Of a DNA stretch of 64,000 nucleotides, positions 1 through 11,772 are shown piece after piece. The stretch is from assembly GCA_050331235.1 (NCBI GenBank), contig JBHJHA010000088.1, positions 13,376-77,375 of the forward strand, given 5' to 3'. Origin of the DNA: Leptolyngbyaceae cyanobacterium. Lineage in GTDB: Bacteria > Cyanobacteriota > Cyanobacteriia > Phormidesmidales > Phormidesmidaceae. Each line of letters begins with the position of its first letter. Within the stretch, counting starts at the first letter, position 1. The position numbers were made by a program, and so were the translations under genes. The notes beneath the pieces are model-generated. The model did no database searches. It was not told the origin of the DNA and worked only from the letters and a program-made list of their open reading frames with translations.

Positions 1-218
1 GGGTTTAACCGAGGTTTTTGGAGCAACCACAATCGGATTGTGATTAATCGCGGCAGCTAAGCTTTGCGGCACCATATCGTCCAGCGATTCCTATTAATTA
101 CAGACTGGGCCAGTCTGTATCTACATTTTGGCCATGGGGCCTATCGCTCACAAGATATAGACAAATTCAAACAATAAAATTTACAGCGTCCTGCGGCTGA
201 CTGCTAAGCATAACTGAC

Positions 219-3200
219 CTAAAGGTCTTTACCTATGTTGCCCACTGGGGTCGCCAACAAACGCTGAACTAGGGTGCGCAGGTCCCGCAGCTTTACCGGC
301 TTGCTGATGTACTCAGTGGCCCCGGCGGCCAAACAGCGATCGTGGTCTTTTTGCATCGCCAGTGCCGTGAGCGCCACAATGGGAATGTGGGCCAATGTAG
401 CCGTTTCTCGTATCTTTTGGATAGCTGTGATGCCGTCCATTCCCGGCATTTGAATGTCCATCAAAATCAAATCTGGGTGCAGCAACTGTGCTTTTTCCAC
501 CCCTTCAAAGCCATCTTTCGCCACCGCAATTTGGTAGCCAAACGCTTCTAAATAGCTAGATGTTGTCAATACATTGGCCGGATTATCTTCGACTAACAAA
601 ATGAGCTGCTCGGCGGGGAGCGGGGGAGACTGACTCGGCTGAGAATCGTCATGGGGGGCGTCAGCTGGTTGAGATAAACCAGGACCCTCGACGCCCGCAT
701 CGTCCGGCGGGTGGTCCAGTTCCGCAATGGGCAAATAGAGAGTAAAACAGCTGCCCTGCTCCAGTTGGCTGGTCACATCCACATAGCCACCGTGGAGTTC
801 CACCAGCTGCTTCACCAGCGACAGGCCTAGCCCAGTGCCGCTGTATTGTCGGTTGAGCGAGCTATCGACTTGCACAAACGGTTGAAACAGTTTGGGCAGA
901 TCCTCGGGGCCGATGCCGATGCCCGTGTCTGCGACGGAGACGGCAATGTAGCGATCGCCCGTCTGGGTGTCAGCGGTCTCCCATTGGACGGTGAGCGTGA
1001 TTTTGCCGCCCTCCGGGGTGAACTTAACGGCATTGTTCAATAGATTGATGAGAGCCTGGCGAATGCGGCGCTCGTCGAGCATCAGCATGTGCAACTGCGG
1101 CTCAATACTGACGATCACTTGAATATTTTTCTTCAGTGCCTGCTGCTTAATGAAAACCTCACTCGACTCGCAAATGTAGTCGATGTTGGTGGCGGCTTTG
1201 TCTATCTTGACCTCGCCGGAGCTGATTTTAGCAATATCTAAAATGTCGTTGATCAGCTCCAGCAAGTGAGACCCGCTCTGTTGAATCGTATTCACCGCCT
1301 TGCCTTGCTTGGGATTGAGCGATCCCAGCAGCTCTTCTTTGAGCGATTCGGTCATCCCCAAAATGGCGTTTAGAGGCGTTCTCAGCTCATGACTCATGTT
1401 GGCCAAGAACTCGTCTTTGAGGCGGGTCGCCCGCTGCAGCTCGGCATTGGCTAGCTGTAAGCTGGCCTCAGCCTGTTTGCGATCGCTAATATCTTGGGCG
1501 GTACCGATGATTTGTCTGACCTGACCATCGGCATCATAGGTAAAAGCTGCATCGCGACTGTAAAACCAGCGCCAGGTCCCGTCGGTGCGCCGCATCCGGT
1601 ATTCAAACTCCAGGACTTCGCCTTCGGTCAGTGCCTTGAGTTGCGCCGTGTGAGCTTGAAACTTGGGCTGGTCGTCAGGATGCATTAGCTGTTCCACAAA
1701 GCTGTGCCCCATCGCCTGAACTGTACCGGCCGAATAGCCCAACACCTGGGAAAGTTCCCGGTTGCAGTAGAGATTTTGATTAGTGACCAAGTCATGGAGA
1801 TAAAGCACATTGGGAGAGGCGTCAGCAATCTGCTGAATAAACCGCTGACTCGCCTGAAGCTCTCTTTCTGCCCGCTTGCGCTCAGTTTCGTCTCGAAAAA
1901 TGGCTCGGGATGAAGTCGGTTTGCCGGCCTCTATGCGGCAGTTAATGCTCCCCTCGACGATGACTGGCTCCCCAGCTTTAGTGATAAAGGTGAGCTCAAT
2001 ACGAGGAATCGTTTGTAACTCACCCGCTTGCATCTGACGCAGCGCGGCTTGACAGTGGGGCTGGCATTCTGGGGCTAAAACGTCAAACAGACTAAGGTCA
2101 ACCAGTTCGGCTGCGGAGTAACCCAGGGCTTTTTGCCAAGATTGATTGACATACTCAAAGCGCGCATCCTCTAGCTGCACGATTTGGATGAGATCATTGG
2201 CGTTATCGAGAAAGTCCTGCAGCCGTTCCTCTTGCTGTTGCAGCTCGGCAGTGCGCTGGGCAACGCGGTATTCCAGCTCAATATTGAGCTGTTCTAGCTG
2301 AAGAATTGCCTGTTGGCGCTCTAGTTCGCTAGCGGCCCGGGCAGCAAAGACCGTGAGTAGCTTTTCGGCCCAGGCACTATTCTTAATCTGGCCGCGCTCG
2401 ACAATACACAAGTTACCGATCGCTTCTCCCTGTCGGTTTTTCAGCGCCACGCCGAGATAACTTTCCGCCTGGAGCATTTGTAGATGAACATCCGTCGGAA
2501 ATTTTTCCTGGACGCGATCAGGGCAAAAATACCCCCCAGACTGCAGCGATAGTTCGCAGGGCGTGCCCTCCACCGCATAGCTAAACAAGGATTGCAGAGC
2601 CTCATCTGACCAAATGTCTAACACCTGGAGCTGATTGCCGATGCGTTCGGTGAGAAAGACGTAGGGCACTTCCAAGGTTTTAGCAATGTGCTCCACCAAA
2701 GCGGGGAAAAATTCCCGTCCCGTGGTGGCAGCCGTCGCTTCAATTAAGTTGTGTAGCTGTTCTTCGGCTTGTTTGCGATCGCTAATGTCTTGGATTACCG
2801 CCATGGCATAGCTGACATTGCCCGCTCCATCTCGCACTGGCGATACGTCCACATTGGCCCAAAAGCTGCTGCCGTCATGGCGCAGATACCGTATTTCTTG
2901 CACAAAGGAAGGCCAATCGCCGGCAAACAGCTTCTCTCGATCTGGCTGGATGCGATCGCGATCGTCGGGGTGAGTCAGATCGGCGATCGTCTTTGCCAGC
3001 ATGGCCTCCGGCGAATAACCAAACATTTGGCAAGCGGTCGGATTGGCCTGCAAAATAGTGCCATCTGGAGCGGCACTGATAAATCCCACTGCCGCCTGGT
3101 CAAAAATACTGCGATAGCGATTTTCGCTTTCCCGCAGTTCCCGTTCGGCCTGGCGGCGATCGGTGACATCCATCGCCATAGAAATCGCCACCTGACGGCC

Positions 3201-5657
3201 GTCGGACAGTTCTTCCAGCGGGGCTGTGCTAAAGTGCCAAACCCGCTGCTGGCCATCCCGGGTTTTGATCACAAACTCACCCTCATCCTGGGCGGCTGAC
3301 AGTTCATACTGCTGGGCAATGCGATCTTGATAAACGACTTCCGCGTTTTCCCCATAGGCGAGCTGCAGCCAAGCTTTCACGGTGGGTAGGTCTTGGCTGT
3401 CATACCCCGACAGCTGCGCCCAAGCCTGATTAGTTTGTAAGATCTCGCCGTCTTCGGCGTGGATCATGATTGGGAAAGGGGCAAACTGCAGCGCTCGACG
3501 AAAGCGCCGTTCACTTTCCTTTAACCGCTGCTCGGCTGCCTGTCGCTCAGCCTCAATGCGTTTGCGCTCGCTCACATTCCGAATTATGAAGAGCACTTCG
3601 TCCTCTCCACTCTGGATGATTCTGACTTCTTCGTCTTGCAGATGGTTATTGACCCAGATCTGCTGTTCATAAATTTGCAGTTCGCCGGTTGCGATCGCCC
3701 TCTGGATCGCTTGGGTATGGCGATCGGCAACGGCAACGGGCAAGACCTCATGCATCGTTTTGCCCACAGGGCTATCGATGTGGTTTAAAGCATCAATTTC
3801 TGGGCTAAAGGTAATGTATTGCAGATAGGTGCCGCTGCAACTCACCCGAAACATCAAGTCCGGGATCGCGGCTAAGATGGCCTGGCTTTGGGCTTCTCGC
3901 TGTTGCAAGGCTAGCTCGGCAGCTTTTCCGGCGGTAATATCGGTGATGGCTCCGACATAGGCGATGACGTTGCCGTCTTGATCGTGTTCAGCCGCGACGG
4001 ATTGCCCATAGACCCAAGTTACTTTGCCCGTTTTGACGTGCTGAAAGCGATACTCTAGCTTGAAAGGCCGCTGCTCTTGAGATGCGGCGTACCACTCGGC
4101 AGCAATGCGATCGCGATCTTCCGGATGCAGTGCCTCACTCCAGCCGTATCCCCGCGCCTCTTCAAGGGTCAGTCCGGCAATCTCTGACCAGAGCTCATTG
4201 ATGTACGTACAGCAGCCATCTGCATCCGTGTGGAAAATGCCCACCGGCGCTGTGTTGACCAAGATTCGGTAGCGTTCTTCGCTTTGACGTAGCTTTTCAT
4301 CCGCTTGCTTTTGCTCGGTGATGTCTGTCACCATGGCCAGCGCCCCAGTGTGCTGACCGTCGGGGCTGTAAAGGGGATTAGCCGCAATCTGTGTCCAAAT
4401 CAAGGTGCCATCTGGCCGCTGAAAGCGAAATTCATGGGCTTCTTTAACGCCTGCTTGCCGTTCGGATAGCTTGGCTTGGGCGATGGGGATATCAGCCGCC
4501 TTCATAAATTCAAAGACGGTTTTACCCAGCATGTCTTCGACCTCGTAGCCCAAGATTTCTGCCATGCGCGGATTGGCGTAGCTGGTTCGGTGCTCGCTAT
4601 CGAGGGTCCAGACGCCTTCTAATGTCGTCTCGACGACCTGGCGATAGCGCTGTTCGCTGGCTTTGAGCTCAGCCGTGCGCGATCGCACCTCAGATTCCAG
4701 CGAGGCGGCGCGACTTTCCAACAGGGCAATTTTCTCCGCTTCTAAAGTCGCAACTTTTTGGGTCAAAACCTCCGTCATGTTGTACAAGTCGAGGGGATTG
4801 AGCACCTGGAGCAGGCTGGTTTGGGTGACAATACCCAACAACTCACCGCGATCGCCGTTGACCACCACCCGCCGAATGTTGCGCTGATGCATCAGATTTT
4901 GCACCATCAGCAGGCTATCCGCCTCCGCCACCGCAAAAACGGGGGAGCTCATGAATGACCGCACCTGATTTTGCTGCAGGCCTAGCTCCAGCGCCTGAAA
5001 CTGGACAAGATCCCGCTCGGTCAAAATGCCCACGGCCGTCCGCCTGCCGTCTGCGTCATGGCTGGCAACGACCACGCAGCTAATGCAAGCCTCTGCCATG
5101 ACGGCCGCCGCCGCTGCCATCGTTTGCTCCGGACCGATGCACATCACATCGGTGGTCATCACGTCCGCGACCCGGCTGATGCGCAGGAGGTCCATTGGTC
5201 GCACCAACTCCCGCAGACTCTCTTGGGTGACCACGCCCATGACCTGACCGTGATCATCCAGCACAGGCAAATGGCGGATTTTGTGCTCTTGCAGTAGCCC
5301 CAAGGCGGCAAAAACATCCCCCAGGGCTGACTGCTGCATCGCAACGACCGGTTGGGTCATTACATCGCCAACCCGTAATCCCTCAAGACTGGCATATTGC
5401 ACGCTCAGCCGCACCACGTCTCGCTCCGTCAAGATGCCGACCACCTGTCCCTGATCAACCGCGAGTACACAGCCGGAACGGGCGCCTAAATGCACATCAT
5501 TTGATGCAGTTTGAGGGGTAGTGAGGCAATGGTCATGGAGACCGCTCATCAGGGCTATGGCATGACCTACGGGCGCCTCTGGAGAAACGATAAGAGGCGC
5601 TCGGACGATCGCAGACTCAACATTATTTAGAGAAGTCACACTTAGCTCTAAGCTCAA
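219..5657 (-). CDS. Hybrid sensor histidine kinase (4 CBS, multiple PAS, GAF, HisKA, HATPase, REC)
   Basis: CBS repeats (VVGILTERD), many PAS/PAC repeats (..DISDRKQAE), GAF ending FAARAASELER, H-box EFLANMSHELRTPLN, N-box NLLNNAVKFT, G-boxes DTGIGI and GTGLGL, receiver LILMDIQMPGMDG. Start codon uncertain (TTG). Confidence 0.93.
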   Translation of the reverse strand: MSLELSVTSLNNVESAIVRAPLIVSPEAPVGHAIALMSGLHDHCLTTPQTASNDVHLGARSGCVLAVDQGQVVGILTERDVVRLSVQYASLEGLRVGDVMTQPVVAMQQSALGDVFAALGLLQEHKIRHLPVLDDHGQVMGVVTQESLRELVRPMDLLRISRVADVMTTDVMCIGPEQTMAAAAAVMAEACISCVVVASHDADGRRTAVGILTERDLVQFQALELGLQQNQVRSFMSSPVFAVAEADSLLMVQNLMHQRNIRRVVVNGDRGELLGIVTQTSLLQVLNPLDLYNMTEVLTQKVATLEAEKIALLESRAASLESEVRSRTAELKASEQRYRQVVETTLEGVWTLDSEHRTSYANPRMAEILGYEVEDMLGKTVFEFMKAADIPIAQAKLSERQAGVKEAHEFRFQRPDGTLIWTQIAANPLYSPDGQHTGALAMVTDITEQKQADEKLRQSEERYRILVNTAPVGIFHTDADGCCTYINELWSEIAGLTLEEARGYGWSEALHPEDRDRIAAEWYAASQEQRPFKLEYRFQHVKTGKVTWVYGQSVAAEHDQDGNVIAYVGAITDITAGKAAELALQQREAQSQAILAAIPDLMFRVSCSGTYLQYITFSPEIDALNHIDSPVGKTMHEVLPVAVADRHTQAIQRAIATGELQIYEQQIWVNNHLQDEEVRIIQSGEDEVLFIIRNVSERKRIEAERQAAEQRLKESERRFRRALQFAPFPIMIHAEDGEILQTNQAWAQLSGYDSQDLPTVKAWLQLAYGENAEVVYQDRIAQQYELSAAQDEGEFVIKTRDGQQRVWHFSTAPLEELSDGRQVAISMAMDVTDRRQAERELRESENRYRSIFDQAAVGFISAAPDGTILQANPTACQMFGYSPEAMLAKTIADLTHPDDRDRIQPDREKLFAGDWPSFVQEIRYLRHDGSSFWANVDVSPVRDGAGNVSYAMAVIQDISDRKQAEEQLHNLIEATAATTGREFFPALVEHIAKTLEVPYVFLTERIGNQLQVLDIWSDEALQSLFSYAVEGTPCELSLQSGGYFCPDRVQEKFPTDVHLQMLQAESYLGVALKNRQGEAIGNLCIVERGQIKNSAWAEKLLTVFAARAASELERQQAILQLEQLNIELEYRVAQRTAELQQQEERLQDFLDNANDLIQIVQLEDARFEYVNQSWQKALGYSAAELVDLSLFDVLAPECQPHCQAALRQMQAGELQTIPRIELTFITKAGEPVIVEGSINCRIEAGKPTSSRAIFRDETERKRAERELQASQRFIQQIADASPNVLYLHDLVTNQNLYCNRELSQVLGYSAGTVQAMGHSFVEQLMHPDDQPKFQAHTAQLKALTEGEVLEFEYRMRRTDGTWRWFYSRDAAFTYDADGQVRQIIGTAQDISDRKQAEASLQLANAELQRATRLKDEFLANMSHELRTPLNAILGMTESLKEELLGSLNPKQGKAVNTIQQSGSHLLELINDILDIAKISSGEVKIDKAATNIDYICESSEVFIKQQALKKNIQVIVSIEPQLHMLMLDERRIRQALINLLNNAVKFTPEGGKITLTVQWETADTQTGDRYIAVSVADTGIGIGPEDLPKLFQPFVQVDSSLNRQYSGTGLGLSLVKQLVELHGGYVDVTSQLEQGSCFTLYLPIAELDHPPDDAGVEGPGLSQPADAPHDDSQPSQSPPLPAEQLILLVEDNPANVLTTSSYLEAFGYQIAVAKDGFEGVEKAQLLHPDLILMDIQMPGMDGITAIQKIRETATLAHIPIVALTALAMQKDHDRCLAAGATEYISKPVKLRDLRTLVQRLLATPVGNIGKDL
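951..958. repeat. HIP1 octamer GCGATCGC (one example; recurs throughout the window)
   Basis: Many copies in coding and non-coding DNA; a cyanobacterial hallmark. Confidence 0.9.
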
Positions 5658-6371
5658 AAAAAGCCGATTTAATAGTTGTCTTTATAATGCCCTGACTGTT
5701 TGACAGAAATAGAATTATTCACATTATTCCTAGCTGACCAATGATGTAAAGATTTTGGCTGTCAGCCTTGGGCTAGGCTCCCCATCATAACCCCGTGCAT
5801 CTGGGCGGCGGTGCGAATTAATCGACAGTGGGCAATTTCAGTCGATTTCTGTCTGCGGCATTGAGGCTATGGCGACTGGTCATCATGAAGATTTCTGGTC
5901 GCATAGACGCTGCTATTCAACATAAATGACTTAAACCAAAATTGATATGCCCGTAACGCGCTGGGGTACCTTAACAAAGACCATGGGGACCTGGGGAGAT
6001 CTCGGTTCTACGGGCGGCCACTCGGTGCCGTTGGGGCTTTGCCCGCTTCTTGAAGCCAACTAGCAATGCTATGGACGTTCTTTTAGCGATCGCCCCAGGG
6101 CTAATAGAATGAACCAATCGCCCAGATTAGCAGTCGGGTACTGGCCCCCGTCGATGCTCGCTTGAATGGCGCGGTTGATATCGACCCAACGTTTTGGCGG
6201 TTAGACAGGAGACGTTTAATGTCGCCATCATTCTCCATCTAGCTGACTGGCATCCTCAGGAACGCATCACAGCAGCTTAGTGATTCAAATTTCGGTTGTG
6301 CCAACACCCCTGGTTCCCTCTCACTGTTCATTACTGTGAACCCTCAAACCCTTCGTCAGGAGAATTTGATA

Positions 6372-6668
6372 ATGGAAGTTACCTGTGTGCATGTGTATGT
6401 CAAGCCCGAGAACGTAGCAGATTTCATCGAAGCCACTCGGATTAACCACAAAAACTCAGTTCAAGAGCCCGAGAACCTGAGATTTGACGTTCTTCAAGAT
6501 CCACAAGATTCGACCCATTTTTTACTGTACGAGGCCTACAAAACTAAGGCCGGAGCCGCTGCCCATAAAGAGACCGAGCATTACCTAACTTGGCGAGAAA
6601 CGGTGGCAGACTGGATGGCCCAGCCGCGCCAAGGGGTGCCTTACACCGTGATTGAGCCTACCAGCTAA
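6372..6668 (+). CDS. Antibiotic biosynthesis monooxygenase (ABM)/LsrG-like protein
   Basis: EPENLRFDVLQ..FLLYEAY..AAHKETEHYLTWR pattern typical of the ABM/LsrG family; GGAG upstream of ATG at 6372. Confidence 0.85.
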   Translation: MEVTCVHVYVKPENVADFIEATRINHKNSVQEPENLRFDVLQDPQDSTHFLLYEAYKTKAGAAAHKETEHYLTWRETVADWMAQPRQGVPYTVIEPTS

Positions 6669-6741
6669 ACCGGGCACGGGGTCATCCTTCGGCCCGTCAC
6701 GCTTACCGGAGAAAACGCGCCCCCCAATTTCAGGGTTTTCC

Positions 6742-7929
6742 ATGTTTACACCTCCTTCCTTCACCTTTGCCAAGGTCCCGCCGATTTACTTTGGCCCTGG
6801 CAAAATTGCTCAATTACCCACAGTGATCAAACAGCTCCAGGGGCATCAGGTATTGCTCGTGGTCGGCCAGCGATCGCTGCAGGTTAGCGGCCAGCTAGAC
6901 CAGATCTATCAGCTCTTTGACACGGCTGAATTGATCCATTGCACCGTCACCTGTCAGGGAGAGCCCACCACGGCGTTAATTGACGCGGTATGTCAGAAGC
7001 ATCGGGACTCAGGGGTCGATATCGTGGTGGCGGTTGGGGGCGGCAGCGTGGTAGACGCGGGAAAGGCTATTTCCGCCATGCTGCCCCACCGCAATTCCAT
7101 CCTCGACCATTTAGAAGGAGTCGGTCGGGGGCAGCCCCACAGCGGCGTTAAGTTGCCATTCATTGCCGTGCCAACCACCTCTGGCACCGGGGGAGAGGTG
7201 ACCAAAAATGCGGTCATCAGCCAAGTGGGCGAAGCTGGCTACAAAAAGTCTATTCGCCATGAAAACCTGGTGCCCGATGCGGTTATTGTCGATGGCAACT
7301 TACTCGTCGGTTGTCCCCCTGGGGTCACTGCGGCCTGTGGCCTGGATGCGTTTACCCAACTAGTGGAGCCTTACCTATCGCCGACGGCGACGCCCCTAAC
7401 CGATGCGATCGCCTGGAGCGGTTTAGTCGCCTTCCAAGCTAACTTCTTATCGGCCTGTGGGTCGGGCGCTGACGATCCCCATGTGCGGGGGGGCATGGCC
7501 TATGCCTCGCTGATGTCTGGGATTGCCTTGGCCAATGCTGGGTTGGGCATTGTGCACGGTTTGGCTTCGCCTCTCGGCGGCTTTTTTCCCATTCCCCATG
7601 GGGTTGCCTGTGGCACCTTAATTGGACCAGCCCTAGAGCAAAACTGGCGCGCACTTAAGGCCAGAATGCCCGACAGTGTCGCCCTTACTAAGCTGGCTAA
7701 GCTAGGCCAACTCTTGAGCGATGAGCCTCATAAAACTGATGATTGGTATGCCCAAGCGGTGGGAGAAATTATTCAGACCTGGACGGCGATGTTAGAAGTT
7801 CCCAGGCTAGGAGCCTATGGCATCGAGGCTCAACATCTCGAAAAGATCCTGGCCGGGGCTAAAAACCGTAACAATCCAATCGAGTTAACTCGGATTGAAG
7901 TTAGGGAAATCTTAAACCAAAGGCTCTAG
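6742..7929 (+). CDS. Iron-containing alcohol dehydrogenase
   Basis: AVGGGSVVDAGK, PTTSGTGGEVT, GLDAFTQ, GLGIVHGLA and IPHGVAC motifs. Confidence 0.9.
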   Translation: MFTPPSFTFAKVPPIYFGPGKIAQLPTVIKQLQGHQVLLVVGQRSLQVSGQLDQIYQLFDTAELIHCTVTCQGEPTTALIDAVCQKHRDSGVDIVVAVGGGSVVDAGKAISAMLPHRNSILDHLEGVGRGQPHSGVKLPFIAVPTTSGTGGEVTKNAVISQVGEAGYKKSIRHENLVPDAVIVDGNLLVGCPPGVTAACGLDAFTQLVEPYLSPTATPLTDAIAWSGLVAFQANFLSACGSGADDPHVRGGMAYASLMSGIALANAGLGIVHGLASPLGGFFPIPHGVACGTLIGPALEQNWRALKARMPDSVALTKLAKLGQLLSDEPHKTDDWYAQAVGEIIQTWTAMLEVPRLGAYGIEAQHLEKILAGAKNRNNPIELTRIEVREILNQRL

Positions 7930-7971
7930 CCCAGCCATCGAACGTGTTACCCATTCTTCGGTTCAAGCTTT

Positions 7972-9087
7972 ATGTATCTTGAGTCTCCTAAAATTGAGGA
8001 CCTCCTCACTGCGATCGCGGATCTTGCCCTCACGACTGAGGATGTTGTCCTCATCCTAATTGGGGAACATGCCGACCTAGAGATTGATACGTTGATTCAA
8101 CAATTATCAAAGCAGGAATACACCTTTATTGGGGCAATTTTTCCAGCGGTAATTTTTGAGAATACCCACAGTACATCCGGCGTCATCTTAAAATCTTTCC
8201 CGGCGGCAACCCAGCCCTATCTCATCCAAAATTTAGATACTGACATTTCCCTGCCAGAGTTTGAAGAAGAATTCGATCTGTCAGAAGAGAATGACCTAAC
8301 GGCCCTCGTCCTCATTGATGGCCTAACGAGCCAAATCAGTAATTTTTTGTCTGAGCTTTACAATAACCTTGGCAACTCTGTTCGTTATTTAGGGGGGGGA
8401 GCTGGCTCGCTCAGCCTGGAACAAAAACCCTGTATTTTCACCGCTGCAGGATGTTTCCAAGATGCAGCGATTATTTTCTTTACGGCGTTGCAAAGTCAGC
8501 TTGGGGTCAAGCATGGCTGGCAGCGGTTAGAGGGTCCTTTGCCAGCGACTCAAACCCACCGCAACGCGATCGCAGAAATGAACTGGAAAAATGCCTTTCA
8601 GGTTTATAAAGAAACCGTCGAGGCGGACTGTCATCAGCAAATCACTTCAGACAACTTTTTTGAAATTGCCAAAGGATATCCCTTTGGAATTTACAAAGAG
8701 GGCCAGGAAGACATCGTGCGGGATCCCATCATTGTCACCGAATCGGGGGAACTAATTTGTGTCGGTGAAGTGCCAGAAAATGCCCTGTTGTATATCCTGC
8801 GGGGGGATGTTGAGTCCTTAGTCGATTCCGCTAAAACAGCGGCGGCAGAAGCGATTGAAAACAGTCAAGCTGACCTTAAAGATATCCTTGTGGTTGACTG
8901 TATTTCTCGCGTTTTGTTCTTAGATCAAGACTTTGATAAGGAGCTTCAGGCCTTGAGTGAAAAGCTCCAAGCTTCTGACTGCGCCTTGTCAGTGGAAGGC
9001 ATTTTGACCCTAGGTGAAATCTCATCTTACGGAGACGGATTTTTAGAGTTCTTCAATAAGACGATTGTTGTCGGAGCCCTTTTTTGA
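7972..9087 (+). CDS. FIST (NosP-like) signal transduction protein
   Basis: FIST N/C motifs [40 protein letters not shown]; overlaps the next kinase gene by 4 bp. Confidence 0.88.
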   Translation: MYLESPKIEDLLTAIADLALTTEDVVLILIGEHADLEIDTLIQQLSKQEYTFIGAIFPAVIFENTHSTSGVILKSFPAATQPYLIQNLDTDISLPEFEEEFDLSEENDLTALVLIDGLTSQISNFLSELYNNLGNSVRYLGGGAGSLSLEQKPCIFTAAGCFQDAAIIFFTALQSQLGVKHGWQRLEGPLPATQTHRNAIAEMNWKNAFQVYKETVEADCHQQITSDNFFEIAKGYPFGIYKEGQEDIVRDPIIVTESGELICVGEVPENALLYILRGDVESLVDSAKTAAAEAIENSQADLKDILVVDCISRVLFLDQDFDKELQALSEKLQASDCALSVEGILTLGEISSYGDGFLEFFNKTIVVGALF

Positions 9088-11708
9088 AATCTATGAGTCA
9101 AGCAGATAGCCGGCAGACTACCGTCAAAGATTTGAGCTTGCTTTATGAGCTCGCCCTCAATACGGGAAAGTCTTTGGATTTAAAGGAGAACTGTGATGCT
9201 TTTCTCAAGCATCTGATGGCCCGCACCGATCTGCAATATGCTGCGGTTTGGATTCATCAGTCTAGGCTGGCAGAAGATCGCGATCGCGTCTCCTTGGTCT
9301 ATGCCAATCCTCGCTTTCACGCTAGGGATAAACAGCTAGCTGCTGACCACCCCCTGTTCAATGTGTGGACGGCTAAAACTGACTACGAAATCATTGCTTC
9401 TGAGACCGATGCTGAAGCTTTTGAACAGGTTTTAGTGGAAAAACGTATCAAGCAAGGAACGTTCGTTCTCATCAATTTGAAGCACTGGGGAGTGCTGAAG
9501 CTTTACCAATCTTCCAGCTCAGAAACCTACAACGATCAAAAGCTCAATAAGCTGCGTAGCGTTATCAATAACTTTGCCCTGTCTTTAGAAGGGTGTTTGG
9601 CCCATGAGCGCTCAATTAGCGAAATTGAGTCCCGCAAAAAAGCTGAGGCTGAACTACGCCAGGCCAAGGAAGCTGCAGAAGCCGCAACTAAGGCTAAGAG
9701 CGAGTTTTTAGCTACCATGAGTCACGAAATTCGGACGCCGTTGAATGGCGTGATTGGCATGACGGGGTTGCTGTTAGATACCCATTTAACGCCGCAGCAG
9801 CAGCATTACACGGAGGTGATTCGGAGCAGTGGTGATGCGCTGTTAACCATCATTAACGATATCCTCGACTTCTCCAAGATTGAATCCGGACAACTCACCC
9901 TGGAAGTGCAGCCTTTCAACCTACGTCAGTGCTTAGAAGAAGCCTTTGACTTAGTGTTTAACCGGGCTAGTGAAAAAGGTATAGAACTGGCCTATCAAAT
10001 TGCCCCTGACGTGCCTGGGGATGTTTATGGGGATGTCACTCGCCTGCGTCAAATCTTAGTCAATTTGCTGGGAAATGCGGTGAAATTCACCCATGAGGGG
10101 GAAGTGACGGCCAAGGTCACCGTGGAAGCGGTCAGTGCAGATCATGCCGAGGGTGATCCCTATACGATTCAGTTTGCTGTGAGTGATACGGGTATCGGCA
10201 TCCCCAAAGATCGCTTAAACCGTCTGTTTCAGTCATTCTCGCAGGTGGATTCATCGATTACCCGACGCTATGGTGGCACTGGTCTAGGATTAGCGATTTG
10301 TCAGCGCCTCTGCCAGCTCATGGGCGGTAAGATTTGGGTTGAAAGTCAGGTTAATCAGGGCTCGACTTTTGCCTTTGCTCTGCCAGTACAAGCAGTTCCC
10401 GGTGATGCCACCGACCAATCTACATCGGAGATTGCGCAACTGGCGGGCAAACGGCTCTTGATTGTCGATGACAACGCGACTAGCTGCGAAATTTTGCTAA
10501 CCCAAGCCCAAGCCTGGGGACTCGAGGCCGAAGCCTATCAGTCACCGACAGCCGCGCTGTCGGGCCTCGGGCAAGATCCGTTTGACTTCGCCATTTTGGA
10601 CTTGCAAATGCCGGAAATGGATGGCATTTCCTTGGCCAAAGCTATCCGACAATCGCCCCACGGGACCCAAGTGCCCATGATTATGGCTACGGCCTCAGCC
10701 GGACCAGAAAAAGAACAAGAGGCTCTAGAGGCGGGGTTTGCTGCATTTGTGAATAAGCCGGTCAAGCAGTCTCAGCTATTGGCAACATTGGCCCAATTAA
10801 CCCATAAGAAAGGCTCGGCCCCGATCAAGGTGAACTCAAAAAATAAGCCGGCTTCGGGCATCGATAGCGAATTGGCCCAGCGACATCCGCTCAAGATTTT
10901 GGTGGCTGAAGACAATCTAGTCAACCAGCAGCTGGCTATTCAGCTATTGCAGCGCATGGGTTATCGAGTCGAGGTGGTCGGCAACGGCCAAGAAGTTTTG
11001 CAGGCTCTAAGCCAGCAGTTCTACGACCTCATCTTCATGGATTTGCAGATGCCCGAGATGGATGGCCTTACTGCTACACGAGAAATTTGCCAGCGCTACG
11101 CGGCTGAGGCGCGTCCCTATATCGTGGCGATGACGGCTAATGCGATGCAGGGCGATCGCGAACGGTGTCTCGAAGCTGGGATGGATGACTATGTCAGCAA
11201 GCCGATTCGCTTGCCGGAGCTCACTGCGGCCCTCCAGCGCTGCCCTCAGCGGGGTGAGGGTGCGGCTGAGGCTGACTGGGTCGTCCCAGAGGCGACGGCG
11301 ATCGCCGAGCCGGATGTCCTGATGGACTATGACATCTTAGAGGGCTTAGTCGCCTTATTTGGACCAACGGCTCAAAGCCAGTTGCAAGAGATTATTCAGA
11401 CTTTTGTAGAAGAATCCTCTAAGCAACTCACCACTCTTATGGCTGCGACTAAATCAGCGGATCGAGAAGCGATTCACACCGCGGCCAAAGGCTTGAGTTC
11501 AGGAAGCCGCTCGGTAGGCTTGAGACAAATTCCGCTCATTTGCACTCAAATTATTGATGCCAACGTTCACGAGCTGTCAGCCCTGCAACCTCATCTGCGA
11601 GAGTTGCAGCAGCAGCTGTCACAGGGCCATGGCCTACTAAATCAGTTTTGCCAAACCCTACAGCGACCCGAAAAAGGTCTTGTAAGTTCTACCCCGACCG
11701 TCCCCTAG
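9084..11708 (+). CDS. Hybrid histidine kinase (GAF-like input, HisKA, HATPase, 2 REC, degenerate Hpt)
   Basis: [35 protein letters not shown], two receivers ([20 protein letters not shown]), C-terminal helical Hpt-like region. Confidence 0.92.
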   Translation: MKSMSQADSRQTTVKDLSLLYELALNTGKSLDLKENCDAFLKHLMARTDLQYAAVWIHQSRLAEDRDRVSLVYANPRFHARDKQLAADHPLFNVWTAKTDYEIIASETDAEAFEQVLVEKRIKQGTFVLINLKHWGVLKLYQSSSSETYNDQKLNKLRSVINNFALSLEGCLAHERSISEIESRKKAEAELRQAKEAAEAATKAKSEFLATMSHEIRTPLNGVIGMTGLLLDTHLTPQQQHYTEVIRSSGDALLTIINDILDFSKIESGQLTLEVQPFNLRQCLEEAFDLVFNRASEKGIELAYQIAPDVPGDVYGDVTRLRQILVNLLGNAVKFTHEGEVTAKVTVEAVSADHAEGDPYTIQFAVSDTGIGIPKDRLNRLFQSFSQVDSSITRRYGGTGLGLAICQRLCQLMGGKIWVESQVNQGSTFAFALPVQAVPGDATDQSTSEIAQLAGKRLLIVDDNATSCEILLTQAQAWGLEAEAYQSPTAALSGLGQDPFDFAILDLQMPEMDGISLAKAIRQSPHGTQVPMIMATASAGPEKEQEALEAGFAAFVNKPVKQSQLLATLAQLTHKKGSAPIKVNSKNKPASGIDSELAQRHPLKILVAEDNLVNQQLAIQLLQRMGYRVEVVGNGQEVLQALSQQFYDLIFMDLQMPEMDGLTATREICQRYAAEARPYIVAMTANAMQGDRERCLEAGMDDYVSKPIRLPELTAALQRCPQRGEGAAEADWVVPEATAIAEPDVLMDYDILEGLVALFGPTAQSQLQEIIQTFVEESSKQLTTLMAATKSADREAIHTAAKGLSSGSRSVGLRQIPLICTQIIDANVHELSALQPHLRELQQQLSQGHGLLNQFCQTLQRPEKGLVSSTPTVP

Positions 11709-11772
11709 ATTGTCCCAATGCCGCTGTTTCTCTCAGACTTTACTTAATCAATCGTTTTCGAGCGCTAATGCT

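Noticed and set aside
1..60. Possible 3' end of a plus-strand gene (GFNRGFWSNHNRIVINRGS*)
   Set aside because: Too short to support a call.
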